Translations under genes and position numbers: made by a program
Shown here: one piece after another, positions 1-8,708 of the stretch
Position numbering within the stretch: the first letter of the stretch is position 1
Layout of the letters: each line of letters begins with the position of its first letter
NCBI GenBank assembly: GCA_002071175.1
Contig: MWER01000013.1
Location: 71,412-135,411, forward strand
Length of the DNA: 64,000 bases
Direction of reading: 5' to 3'
Origin: Bacteroidetes bacterium ADurb.Bin037
Lineage (GTDB): Bacteria > Bacteroidota > Bacteroidia > Bacteroidales > UBA932
Notes under the pieces: model-generated
Seen by the model: only the letters and a program-made list of their open reading frames with translations
Told to the model about the DNA's origin: nothing
Databases searched by the model: none

Positions 1-1607
1 AAACAATGGGCACAAAAAGTAACTTTGTATAAAACTCTTTTTACCTTGCCCAAAATGTTTGGGAAGTTATAAAGATTTGAAAAGACGGCTTTAAATGAGT
101 TTTTATCATCAGTATTTTCTAATGAAAATCTGCATACAATTTCTTTAAATTTAATTTCACCACTATAGCTCCTTCCATTATTGCAATAGGTAACTGTCCC
201 AAGTATTTTAATCCATTCAAGAATGTCTTCATTAGGATTTGAGATGTATGCTTTTAGTTCACCATTTTTTTCAGTTAAATCAACTCTTGAGTTTTGATTT
301 TTTAAAGTAAGTCCACCTGCTCTTGTTTTCCATTTTCCTGTTTTGATATATTCATCTACATCTCTAATTCCTAACGCAACACTTTGTCTTTCTATTGATT
401 TTAGAAATGGATAAACATTATCGGGGTACTTTTTATTTACAATATGCTCTGACCATTCAGATGAAAATGGACAGATATAACATCCTACTCTAGTAAGTCC
501 AAATCTATAACCCTCATTGATAGGTAATTTTCTTGCAAAAAGGTAAAGAAAGACTTCAATAGTATTCCAATAGTAAATAGGACTAGCATTTATAACCCCA
601 GCATGTTTTACATTTTTACCTATTTTCCTGTCATATTTTGCCCTTGAAGGACTTTCTTCAGACCTTACTCCTTCAAAAACTAATACATTAGGTTGTTTGT
701 CATTTCCTTTAATATGTTTTAAATCACGATAGAATGGAGCTGTTTTTGCAACAGTGCAACACCATCTATGAATGCGACTTGGTAAACCAAACTTTTCCCA
801 AAGTTCAACTGTATCTCTTTGTGGATTTCGTGCTAAATGGAACTTTAGCTGGGGATAATTTGCAATATAATATTCTTTTGTTTTTTCCCAAATTTTGAGG
901 GAGGGTGGAATTTCCATTCCAGTATCAGAATAAATCACCATGAAATCATCGGGTGGTATCACACGGCTTACAAGATCAAGTGTAACCTGAGAATCCTTTC
1001 CGCCACTAAAGGAAGCGATAAATTGGTCAATTTTGGTGTTCAGGTAAATAGTTTTGTTGTTTTCCTTGGCTAAGTCAAGAGGTATTATATCAAAACTATC
1101 GCAGTCTTGCTTGACAACAGCATGTTTAATTTTTGTATTCTTTTCATGCATTTCAGCCAGTAATGCCCAGTCAACTTCTTCATTTGCTTTGGCTTTGCTT
1201 CTTATTTTCTTGAGACTATAAGTGCGATAGGTTTGTTCAATAAATTCAATGGCTTCCTGTTCAAGCAGGAAAAGTAATTTTTGATTTTTTTCAACTACCT
1301 TTTGAATGTTTATAGGCTTAAGTTTTAAGTCTTTCCCTACATCTGTAACTTCAATTATTGGGTCGTCAAATATATTCCCACCTCTCACTTCAGCAACTAA
1401 TTCCCCTTTATAGTAATATCTTCTATCTAAAGCCCATAGCAAAGGTTCATTTGATTCTGAATATTCCCAATTCCATTTTTTATCAAAACCAAGCAAGGAT
1501 AACTCTTCATGGAAAACAGGACGAGGAGAAACATTCAAAGCATCCCCGTTTCCGTTTGTTCTTAGCAAAACACCATTAATATCTTTGTCCCAGACTACTT
1601 TAAACAT
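1..1607 (-). CDS. PP-loop ATP pyrophosphatase / PAPS-reductase-family protein (DndC/BrxP-like); N-terminal 535 codons only, the C-terminus runs off the window start
   Basis: Absent from the ORF track because there is no stop in the window. I translated the minus strand manually from ATG 1607..1605 and it stays open to position 3. The protein begins MFKVVWDKDINGVLLRTNGNGD. It has the PP-loop IASFSGGKDSQVT (about 990-1025), VFEGVRSEESPSRAKY, HRWCCTVAKT and RVGCYICPFS, and ends at the window edge with ...VTFCAHC. A ~190-aa N-terminal extension precedes the PP-loop. The region is AT-rich. Confidence 0.75.
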   Translation of the reverse strand, partial: MFKVVWDKDINGVLLRTNGNGDALNVSPRPVFHEELSLLGFDKKWNWEYSESNEPLLWALDRRYYYKGELVAEVRGGNIFDDPIIEVTDVGKDLKLKPINIQKVVEKNQKLLFLLEQEAIEFIEQTYRTYSLKKIRSKAKANEEVDWALLAEMHEKNTKIKHAVVKQDCDSFDIIPLDLAKENNKTIYLNTKIDQFIASFSGGKDSQVTLDLVSRVIPPDDFMVIYSDTGMEIPPSLKIWEKTKEYYIANYPQLKFHLARNPQRDTVELWEKFGLPSRIHRWCCTVAKTAPFYRDLKHIKGNDKQPNVLVFEGVRSEESPSRAKYDRKIGKNVKHAGVINASPIYYWNTIEVFLYLFARKLPINEGYRFGLTRVGCYICPFSSEWSEHIVNKKYPDNVYPFLKSIERQSVALGIRDVDEYIKTGKWKTRAGGLTLKNQNSRVDLTEKNGELKAYISNPNEDILEWIKILGTVTYCNNGRSYSGEIKFKEIVCRFSLENTDDKNSFKAVFSNLYNFPNILGKVKRVLYKVTFCAHC

Positions 1608-1954
1608 ACAAATTAAATTATTTAAAGACACTAAAAGGGTCGGCAAGATTGTACTCTTTGGTAAGTTCTGGTATGTAGGTCATATGGTTTAACTTGCCAA
1701 TGAGTACGAGATAAGATAGCAGAATTCCAAGATTCTCGTGCGGTAAAAAAAAATAAAAACGCATTTGTAGCGACAATGAATATCGAGTTATTTGTTTATC
1801 AGTTTCGCCTTTCATTCCAAGTTTAATATTCCATTTTGATTGTTAATTTGCTGTGTCGGTGACTCTCTTCGATTGTCATAACGAAAATGCTGTATTCTCA
1901 GTTACCCTTTACAGCGGGCTCCAAACCTATATATTTTGTGTTTTCGTGCTTTAT

Positions 1955-2902
1955 TTATAATTCATAAAAATTCACATATATTTTCCCTGTCTCTGTTGCT
2001 TTTCGTCTTTTTCTATAGAGCAAATCAGGAAGTCTTACTCTACCATCTAATACTGCAATCAAATCAATACTATCCATAATAATAATTGATTTAAATTCAG
2101 GCGCAATTGCTTGTGGTGTCAAACCTTCCATTGTTACAAGTAATCCAATAGATATTTTAAACTTAGAATCAACTTTAAAGCAAAATGATGCTAATTCTCC
2201 TCTATCAACTTGTTGTTTCCATTTTGCTTCAAGAAGATAATCCGTTCCATCAAAAGTAAAAGCTCCATCTATTTGTTCTCCGTAATTCTTAAAAGAGCCT
2301 TTGGGATCAAGTTCAAATAGTGTAAATAAATCTCTTAAAAAAGACTCAAATTCATATCCTCTTTTTTGCAAGTTTGGATTAGACGCAATTTTATTAAACC
2401 TTTCCTTTAACAATGACAATTCATCATCTAATGATTTATTTTTTGCAATTCGTTTCTCTACATCAAGTTTTCGTTTACGACTTTCTTCCTGCTCCCTAGT
2501 TATTTGGATATATCCTTCTGTATGATTTCTTAAATTTTGAACAGCATGGATTGCTTTTTTCTTCAGGCTACCGTCTGTATCCCAATATTCTAATTGGGAA
2601 AACTCTGTCAAGTCTGTTACTGAAGATATAAGACTAATTAAATCATCTTTGTAGATATCTTGCCTATTGGTCATTCGTTCAATTAATTCCTTTACACTTT
2701 CTCTTTTTGTTCCTGACCAATTGATTGTCCCAATGATTGCTGTATTGTTTATTGAAAGCTTTATAAAATCTTGTAAATCTTCCTTTCTCCAACAAATGAC
2801 AGATAAGGCTTCTTTTAAAGCCAGAACTGCTTGAGGAGAAATCTTTTTATTATAATCACTCATTGAGGTAACTTCTATCAATCTATTTATTCTATTTTGC
2901 AA
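1955..2902 (-). CDS. Two-domain protein: unknown N-terminal domain + coiled-coil linker + C-terminal Mrr-like PD-(D/E)xK restriction-endonuclease fold
   Basis: ORF track, 315 aa. The track start at 2902 is a TTG; an ATG (MSDYNKK) at 2863 is the more likely start. The C-terminus reads GYEFESFLRDLF...IDGAFTFDGTDYLLEAKWKQQ..IGLLVTMEG, matching the Mrr_cat pattern (aromatic-E helix, D, ExK). The middle segment REQEESRKRKLDVEKRIAKNKSLDDELSLLKERF is charged and helical. AT-rich. Confidence 0.55.
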   Translation of the reverse strand: MQNRINRLIEVTSMSDYNKKISPQAVLALKEALSVICWRKEDLQDFIKLSINNTAIIGTINWSGTKRESVKELIERMTNRQDIYKDDLISLISSVTDLTEFSQLEYWDTDGSLKKKAIHAVQNLRNHTEGYIQITREQEESRKRKLDVEKRIAKNKSLDDELSLLKERFNKIASNPNLQKRGYEFESFLRDLFTLFELDPKGSFKNYGEQIDGAFTFDGTDYLLEAKWKQQVDRGELASFCFKVDSKFKISIGLLVTMEGLTPQAIAPEFKSIIIMDSIDLIAVLDGRVRLPDLLYRKRRKATETGKIYVNFYEL

Positions 2903-3025
2903 ATTTGCACAGTCTTCTTAGCATGAAGCACAATTTGTATATAGATTCAAAAATGTGTATCTACACCCTCAAATTCAGTGATATAGATGTTGAAATAACT
3001 TATTAGCTTCGCGCCCAAATACCCC

Positions 3026-3051
3026 TTATTAGCCTTATCTAAGGCTAATAA
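3026..3051. repeat. Perfect 11-bp inverted repeat with a 4-nt spacer (ttattagcctt atct aaggctaataa)
   Basis: Read directly from the sequence, inside the ~500-bp gene-free AT-rich spacer between the nuclease gene and tRNA-Leu. Confidence 0.8.
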
Positions 3052-3407
3052 AAGATGTAAATCATAGAATTTACTAATATCGAAAATATTGACTTTATGT
3101 GCGGACATAAGAACAATATAACTGTTTCTGGAACAAGGGATATGTAAAGATATTATTTTTATAAAAAACCACAAAACCTATGTCCGAATAATTTGATTAT
3201 AAAAATCTTTTTAATCTTTATTATCACAATGAAAGAGGTATGGATAAGTTTTATCTTTCTAACTAAAAGCAGGAAATATATCATTTACACTGTACCCGTT
3301 ATCTGATTTCACAACATCTTTCTGAAAAACTGCTATATTTGCAGCGTGATAAGCCATAATAACACTTATCACCAAAGGATTTAGCACACGTGTAAATCCA
3401 AAATATT

Positions 3408-3489
3408 GCGGGTATGGCGTAACTGGTAGCCGCGCTAGACTTAGGATCTAGTGCCGAAAGGCGTGGGGGTTCGAATCCCTTTACCCGCA
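3408..3489 (+). tRNA. tRNA-Leu (anticodon TAG), type II with long variable arm, CCA not encoded
   Basis: Manual fold. Acceptor GCGGGTA/TACCCGC plus discriminator A. Anticodon stem CTAGA/TCTAG with loop CT-TAG-GA. Variable arm GTGCCGAAAGGCGT. T-loop GGGGG-TTCGAAT-CCCTT. Confidence 0.9.
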
Positions 3490-3496
3490 CTGAATC

Positions 3497-3522
3497 ATGG
3501 TCCCTTGATCTTTAGGGACCAT
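3497..3522 (+). terminator. Hairpin immediately after tRNA-Leu (9-bp stem atggtccct / agggaccat, 8-nt loop)
   Basis: Seen in the sequence. No clear T-run follows, so the terminator function is uncertain. Confidence 0.35.
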
Positions 3523-3606
3523 AATATCATACCTGATTTGGTAAATAGAACATTCCTTCTTTACATTATACCTGAAATTGGGTATTTCACAGATCAGAAT
3601 CCTTGA

Positions 3607-3614
3607 TACCTTTG
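3607..3614 (+). promoter_or_regulatory. Bacteroidetes-type -7 promoter box TACCTTTG upstream of zupT
   Basis: Matches the TAnnTTTG consensus, 22 nt upstream of ATG 3636. Confidence 0.4.
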
Positions 3615-3635
3615 TACCCGGTTTCAAATCCCCGT

Positions 3636-4445
3636 ATGAATTCAAGGATTCTCATACCTTTTCTGTTGTCATTGTTAGCAGGTCTGGCCACATTGATAGG
3701 TTTCTTCATCACTTTCATTGCCAAGAAAACAAACCGCAAATTGCTCTCCTTCTCACTGGGATTGTCTGCCGGGGTAATGATCTACGTTGCTTTTGTCGAA
3801 ATCTTTGTAGAATCCCGGTCCATCCTCGCAAAAAACCTGGGGGAAAGGCAAGGCCTTTTACTGACAGTGATCTTTTTCTTCATTGGGATGGCCATCATTG
3901 CATTGATAGACCGTTTTGTGCCTTCCTGCGGGAACCCGCACGAAGCATATTCGGTTGAAGAACTGGACGAAGGTGTAACATGTATGAAGAAACCGGGATT
4001 GATGAAAATGGGCATCATGACAGCCATTGCCATAGCCGTACACAACTTCCCCGAAGGGATCGCCACATTCATGGCCGCACTGGAAAACCCCACTCTGGGG
4101 ATCGCTATTGCCACAGCCATTGCCATCCACAATATTCCGGAAGGCATTGCCATTTCCATCCCTATCTATTATGCCACCGGAAGCCGGAAAAAAGCTTTTG
4201 GCATAACATTGCTTTCCGGTTTGGCAGAACCCCTGGGAGCTTTGCTTACCTACTTGATCCTGATGCCCTTCTTCACTCCTGTGGTGATGGGATGCCTTTT
4301 TGCAGTAGTAGCCGGTATCATGGTATTCATTTCCATTGACGAACTGTTACCGGGAGCCCACAAATACGGAGAACACCACGTAGCCATTTACGGTCTGATC
4401 TCCGGTATGGCCGTCATGGCCTTGAGCCTGATCCTTTTCGCCTGA
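3636..4445 (+). CDS. zupT: ZIP-family zinc transporter ZupT
   Basis: ORF 3603..4445. The internal ATG at 3636 (MNSRILIPFLLSLLAG) is preferred because the -7 box lies inside the longer ORF. Paired metal-binding motifs HNFPEGIATF and HNIPEGIAISIPIY. Multi-TM protein. Confidence 0.9.
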   Translation: MNSRILIPFLLSLLAGLATLIGFFITFIAKKTNRKLLSFSLGLSAGVMIYVAFVEIFVESRSILAKNLGERQGLLLTVIFFFIGMAIIALIDRFVPSCGNPHEAYSVEELDEGVTCMKKPGLMKMGIMTAIAIAVHNFPEGIATFMAALENPTLGIAIATAIAIHNIPEGIAISIPIYYATGSRKKAFGITLLSGLAEPLGALLTYLILMPFFTPVVMGCLFAVVAGIMVFISIDELLPGAHKYGEHHVAIYGLISGMAVMALSLILFA

Positions 4446-4490
4446 AATTTCTTATCTTTTCTTATCTTTAGACTTTAAAACTCAGGAAAC

Positions 4491-5177
4491 ATGTATAAAC
4501 TGGGAAAATATACGTCATCCGATAGTATGAGCGACCTGATTTGTGACAACTATCCCATGCTTTTTGTCATGAGCCGCTTTGGGATATCTCTCGGATTCGG
4601 AGAAAAAACGATCAGCCAGGTATGCCGGCTCAGCGGTGTAGATGAAAACACCTTCCTGGCAGTGGTAAACCTGCTGATCAGCAAGGTAAGGGATGAAACG
4701 GCCAAGCCGTCCCTACCCTGCCTGCTCAAGTATCTCCGGAATTCCCACAGCCACTTTCTGGATTTCCGTTTTCCTTCCATCCGGCAGGAATTGGTGGCCG
4801 CCCTGGGCAGGCAACATGACAAAGCGGTCAGTGCCATCATCAAATTCTATGACGAATACGTGGAACAGGTGCATACACACATGGATTACGAAGAAAAAAC
4901 CGTATTCCCTTATGTCCAATCTCTATTAAAAGGTAAAAAACAAGGTGACTACAGTATCCGGATCTTCTGCCGGCAACACGACAATATTGAATCAAAACTT
5001 TCTGAACTGAAAAACATCCTGATCAAATATTATCCCCCCGGGAACGCAGATATATTAAACGCCGTCCTGTTTGACATCTTTGTCTGTGCACAAGACCTTG
5101 CTTCTCATAATTTCATTGAAGACAACCTGTTCGTGCCCATGATCTCCCAAATGGAACTCAATCTGAAAAAATCATGA
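4491..5177 (+). CDS. Hemerythrin (HHE cation-binding) domain protein
   Basis: 228 aa. Repeated H-x3-E motifs (HTHMDYEEK, RQHDNIESK, ASHNFIEDN) and HSHF. The stop overlaps the next gene's start (ATGA at 5174-5177). Confidence 0.6.
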   Translation: MYKLGKYTSSDSMSDLICDNYPMLFVMSRFGISLGFGEKTISQVCRLSGVDENTFLAVVNLLISKVRDETAKPSLPCLLKYLRNSHSHFLDFRFPSIRQELVAALGRQHDKAVSAIIKFYDEYVEQVHTHMDYEEKTVFPYVQSLLKGKKQGDYSIRIFCRQHDNIESKLSELKNILIKYYPPGNADILNAVLFDIFVCAQDLASHNFIEDNLFVPMISQMELNLKKS

Positions 5178-5767
5178 GCAGAAAGATCCATGTAGCCATT
5201 GCAGAGCCTTCGGAGATATTGCGTGCCGGCATGATAGAAGTCCTAAAACGTATTGGCGGTCTGGATATCTATGTAATAGAAATCGCTGACCTAAACAGCC
5301 TGGAATGCAGTTTAAGGAACCTTTCCCCCGCTTTACTGATAGTCAATCCCACAGCAACGAACCCGGCCATGATTCGCAAGATAAGGACACTTGCCTATAA
5401 CAATAAAATGAAAACAATGGCCTTACTCCATTCCCTGACAGACCGGCACACATTGGATCATTACGATGAATCGGTATCCATCTATGATTCAACGGAACAT
5501 ATCAAAAGTAAGATCGTAAAACTGCTTGATCTGAAAGAAGAAAGTAATAAGCCCAGAGAATTGAGCAACCGGGAAAAAGACATCATTGCTGAAGTAGCCA
5601 AGGGATTGACAAACAAACAGATCGCAGACAAACTCTTTATTTCGGTACATACCGTTATGACACACCGCAAGAATATTGCCAACAAACTTCAGATTCACTC
5701 CCCTTCCGGGCTTACCGTTTACGCCATACTGAACAACCTTGTTGACCTGGACCAGATCAATAAATAA
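5174..5767 (+). CDS. LuxR-family DNA-binding regulator with receiver-like (probably pseudo-receiver) N-terminal domain
   Basis: C-terminal LuxR HTH: LSNREKDIIAEVAKGLTNKQIADKLFISVHTVMTHRKNIANKL. The N-terminal ~120 aa has REC-like beta/alpha periodicity. It reads ..IAEPSE.. and ..LLIVNPT.. where the acidic pocket and phospho-acceptor Asp are expected. Confidence 0.8.
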   Translation: MSRKIHVAIAEPSEILRAGMIEVLKRIGGLDIYVIEIADLNSLECSLRNLSPALLIVNPTATNPAMIRKIRTLAYNNKMKTMALLHSLTDRHTLDHYDESVSIYDSTEHIKSKIVKLLDLKEESNKPRELSNREKDIIAEVAKGLTNKQIADKLFISVHTVMTHRKNIANKLQIHSPSGLTVYAILNNLVDLDQINK

Positions 5768-5887
5768 TTCATCTATAAAACCCAGCATACATTCATTCCA
5801 AAGATCCTGCCGCCGGTGGAGGATACTTCCGGGAAGGCTTTTGCGAACGTAAAAATGATTATCTTTATATAGTTAACAATTTTAGAT

Positions 5888-6481
5888 ATGAAAGCCATAT
5901 CCCATATCCGTTATTCCGTCCTCAGAGGCCTTCTGGGAATGGTCCTGGGCGTATTCCTGCTGATCAATCCTGAAGGAAGTGTAAGCGCGCTTATCCGGCT
6001 CCTTGCCGCCATCCTCCTGATTGGAGGACTGTTTGCCCTGTATTTTGCCTGGAAAGATTCCCGTCAATCCCCCTCTTCGCATCCTTCAGGCAGGGAACCG
6101 GACAAAGGTCTTCAGCGCCTGCTGTACATGACGGCCTTTATCTTCATAGCATTTGCACTGTTTTTGCTTCTGTTCCCCCGCTTCTTTGCCGGACTGGCTA
6201 TGTTCCTGACCGGAATCGTACTGTTGTTATCATCATTGACACAGATCACCGGGATCATCCAATTCCGGAGAACCCATGCCATTGGCCTGCCATGGTATAT
6301 CTATATCAATCCGGTGATCATCTGTATCCTGAGCGTTGTGATCCTGGTAAACCCGTTTGAGGCTGCCATGACACTCGCCATTTTTACAGGGGTCATCTGT
6401 CTTGTTTACGCCTTGACCGAGATCATCCAGGCAATTGTAGAACACCGTCTTATAAGGAAGAACAAGCAATCGGGGTCGTGA
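5888..6481 (+). CDS. DUF308/HdeD-like small polytopic membrane protein
   Basis: 197 aa with ~6 hydrophobic segments. LLINPEGSVSALIRLLAAILLIGGLFALYFAW is repeated in character near the C-terminus (VILVNPFEAAMTLAIFTG). GTGA overlap with the next gene. Confidence 0.5.
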   Translation: MKAISHIRYSVLRGLLGMVLGVFLLINPEGSVSALIRLLAAILLIGGLFALYFAWKDSRQSPSSHPSGREPDKGLQRLLYMTAFIFIAFALFLLLFPRFFAGLAMFLTGIVLLLSSLTQITGIIQFRRTHAIGLPWYIYINPVIICILSVVILVNPFEAAMTLAIFTGVICLVYALTEIIQAIVEHRLIRKNKQSGS

Positions 6482-7626
6482 GAATCGTAGTTGCCATGGA
6501 CTCGTTCAAAGGCAGCCTGACATCATTGGATGCCGGTTGTGCCGTGCAACGGGGAATAGAAAAGGCCTTCCTGCCCATACCGGATCAGACACCCGTAGTA
6601 AAGGTATTCCCGCTGGCCGACGGAGGTGAAGGTACGGTGGCGGCACTGATTGGGAGTCTTGGAGGTACATACGAAACGGTTAAAGTCAGGGGACCCCTCA
6701 AAGGGCAGGTGGAAGCCGGCTACGGTATCGTTTCACCGGGCAACGGGCCGGCCGTTGCCGTGATCGAAATGTCTGCAGCCGCCGGTCTGTGGCTTGTTCC
6801 TGAAAAGGAAAGGAATCCCCTTTATACGACTACTTACGGAGTAGGTGAACTTATCCTGCATGCCCTGCTGAAAGGATGCCGAAAATTCCTGGTCGGGATT
6901 GGAGGGAGCGCTACAAATGACGGCGGAGTCGGTATGCTCGCCGCACTCGGTTTTGAATTCCGGGATAAGATGGGACGTAAAACCGGAATATGCGGAAAAG
7001 ACCTGAATTGTATTTTTACTATTCATACAGAAAGAAAACAGTCGTTGTTGGATGGGTGTACCTTCCGGGTTGCTTGTGATGTGAACAACCCTCTGTGCGG
7101 ACCTAACGGTGCCGCATACGTCTTCGGTCCGCAAAAAGGAGCTTCCCCTTCGGAGATCCGCCTGCTCGACAAGGGTTTGGCCAATCTGGCAGATGTGGCA
7201 TCCCGGTCAACGGCAAAGAACGACTACCGGAACGTTCCCGGAGCCGGGGCGGCAGGCGGACTGGGTTATGCATTCATACAGTTTTTGAACGGAAAACTGG
7301 AATCGGGAGCCGGGATGATCATAGATGCCATCGGTCTGGAGAATGAGATCCGCAACGCCGATCTGGTCATTACCGGGGAAGGCAGGATGGACGACCAGAC
7401 CGCCATGGGTAAGGCCCCATGGGAAGTAGCACGATTGGCCGGGAAATACGGGAAAAAAGCGATCGCTTTTTGTGGAAGTATAGCCCCTTCCGCCTCTTGT
7501 GCCTGGAAAGATCATTTTGACCTGTGCATACCGGTAACCCCTCCCGGAGCCTCTCTGGAGCGGGCTTCGGAATGGCTTGAGAAAGCCGTCTGCGAATATT
7601 TTAAAACTAAAGGGGATTCCCTGTAG
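6478..7626 (+). CDS. Glycerate kinase
   Basis: GTG start. N-terminus MRIVVAMDSFKGSLTS...FPLADGGEGTV, plus GGSATNDGGVGMLAALG and ITGEGRMDDQT, which are typical of the GarK/GlxK family. Confidence 0.85.
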   Translation: MRIVVAMDSFKGSLTSLDAGCAVQRGIEKAFLPIPDQTPVVKVFPLADGGEGTVAALIGSLGGTYETVKVRGPLKGQVEAGYGIVSPGNGPAVAVIEMSAAAGLWLVPEKERNPLYTTTYGVGELILHALLKGCRKFLVGIGGSATNDGGVGMLAALGFEFRDKMGRKTGICGKDLNCIFTIHTERKQSLLDGCTFRVACDVNNPLCGPNGAAYVFGPQKGASPSEIRLLDKGLANLADVASRSTAKNDYRNVPGAGAAGGLGYAFIQFLNGKLESGAGMIIDAIGLENEIRNADLVITGEGRMDDQTAMGKAPWEVARLAGKYGKKAIAFCGSIAPSASCAWKDHFDLCIPVTPPGASLERASEWLEKAVCEYFKTKGDSL

Positions 7627-8704
7627 CCTGTTCCCTGTTACGTTTCGGTTTGGCAGACAACAGCCTTAGGGATTTTGTAATAAAACGACTCAGGGGCTTT
7701 TTATCATCTTTATCCCTCAGATCAATATACAGGCCCAATCGTTTGAGTACGGGGATACGGAACGTTTCCACAAATTCTATCAATGTTCCGTCCGGATCTT
7801 CCACATAAGCGAAATGACCGTTGGCATCACCCATCTCAAAATCGGTTCCGCTGTCGCAAACGAAGGGATGTCCCAAGGCTTCCGCTTCTTTTTGGATCGT
7901 ATCCATATTCCGGACATCAAAACATAAGTGAATGAACCCGGGATCTCCCCACATCCTGCCTTCATATATCTTTGAGGGCATGGAAGAAAGGCTCTGAATC
8001 AGCTCCAGGTGCGAAGTCCCCAACAATTCGGATAAAGGACCCTGAATGGGTTTTGATCTTTTGAGAAGGACTCTGCGCAATGTGTGCTCCGATCCGGGGA
8101 TCCCCTCCAGGTCTTCAAAAATGCCTGTAGTATCCGATACCACAGTATCGTAATCGAGCAACTTACCGTAAAATCCTATGGAACGTTCCATATCGGTAAC
8201 GCCAATCGTCACACCGTTTCCTCCCCCAATCAGGTGTGAAGCATTCGTGAATACATAGCGGTCTTCTTCAATGTCAAAAAGGTTCCCCCAGGGATCCCTG
8301 ACAAAGAAATGCTCTTGTCCCCAGGGAGAAGTGACGGGTTCGGTCAGAACGTTCAATCCTTTTCTCATAAAAGACCTGTAGGCACTTGTAACATCGGGAC
8401 ACTTGACCTTACAGGCAAAAATACCGGTGTCTCCCAGTATGGGATCCTTTTCGGGATAATTCAATTCCCTTTGGCGCGGTTCCCAGACCTCAAATCCGCA
8501 TCCTCCCCTCATGTTCAGCAACAAAACAGCATAACGGGGCTGGGGTTTACCCCCCGTATAAGGGAGCATCAATTCTGCCACCCCTTCATCTTCAAATACT
8601 TTTACCTTGAAACCAAAATGTTCCCTGTACCATGACCAGGATTCCGCTACATCGCGAACCCCTATTCCTACCTGCTGGATACCACAGATGACTTTTTCTT
8701 TCAT
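7607..8704 (-). CDS. VOC (glyoxalase/bleomycin-resistance/dioxygenase) superfamily protein, tandem domains
   Basis: 365 aa. Two repeats of the VOC beta-alpha-beta-beta-beta pattern (GIGVRDVAESWSWYREHFGF ... FVRDPWGNLFDIEE; GVTIGVTDMERSIGFYGKLLDY ... YVEDPDGTLIEFVE). Confidence 0.7.
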   Translation of the reverse strand: MKEKVICGIQQVGIGVRDVAESWSWYREHFGFKVKVFEDEGVAELMLPYTGGKPQPRYAVLLLNMRGGCGFEVWEPRQRELNYPEKDPILGDTGIFACKVKCPDVTSAYRSFMRKGLNVLTEPVTSPWGQEHFFVRDPWGNLFDIEEDRYVFTNASHLIGGGNGVTIGVTDMERSIGFYGKLLDYDTVVSDTTGIFEDLEGIPGSEHTLRRVLLKRSKPIQGPLSELLGTSHLELIQSLSSMPSKIYEGRMWGDPGFIHLCFDVRNMDTIQKEAEALGHPFVCDSGTDFEMGDANGHFAYVEDPDGTLIEFVETFRIPVLKRLGLYIDLRDKDDKKPLSRFITKSLRLLSAKPKRNREQATGNPL

Positions 8705-8708
8705 TATT

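Noticed and set aside
1358-1815. Small ORFs 1358..1579 (+) and 1618..1815 (-), plus 2947..3174 (-) in the AT-rich block
   Set aside because: The first is antisense to the PP-loop gene. The others are low-complexity ORFs in AT-rich spacer with no recognisable features or ribosome-binding context. There is not enough evidence to call them genes.
3578-4339. Alternative-frame ORFs inside zupT (3578..3958, 3782..4159, 3858..4130, 3980..4339)
   Set aside because: They are His/Cys/Gly-rich translations produced by off-frame reading of the repetitive metal-site codons of zupT. The ZIP-family frame explains the region.
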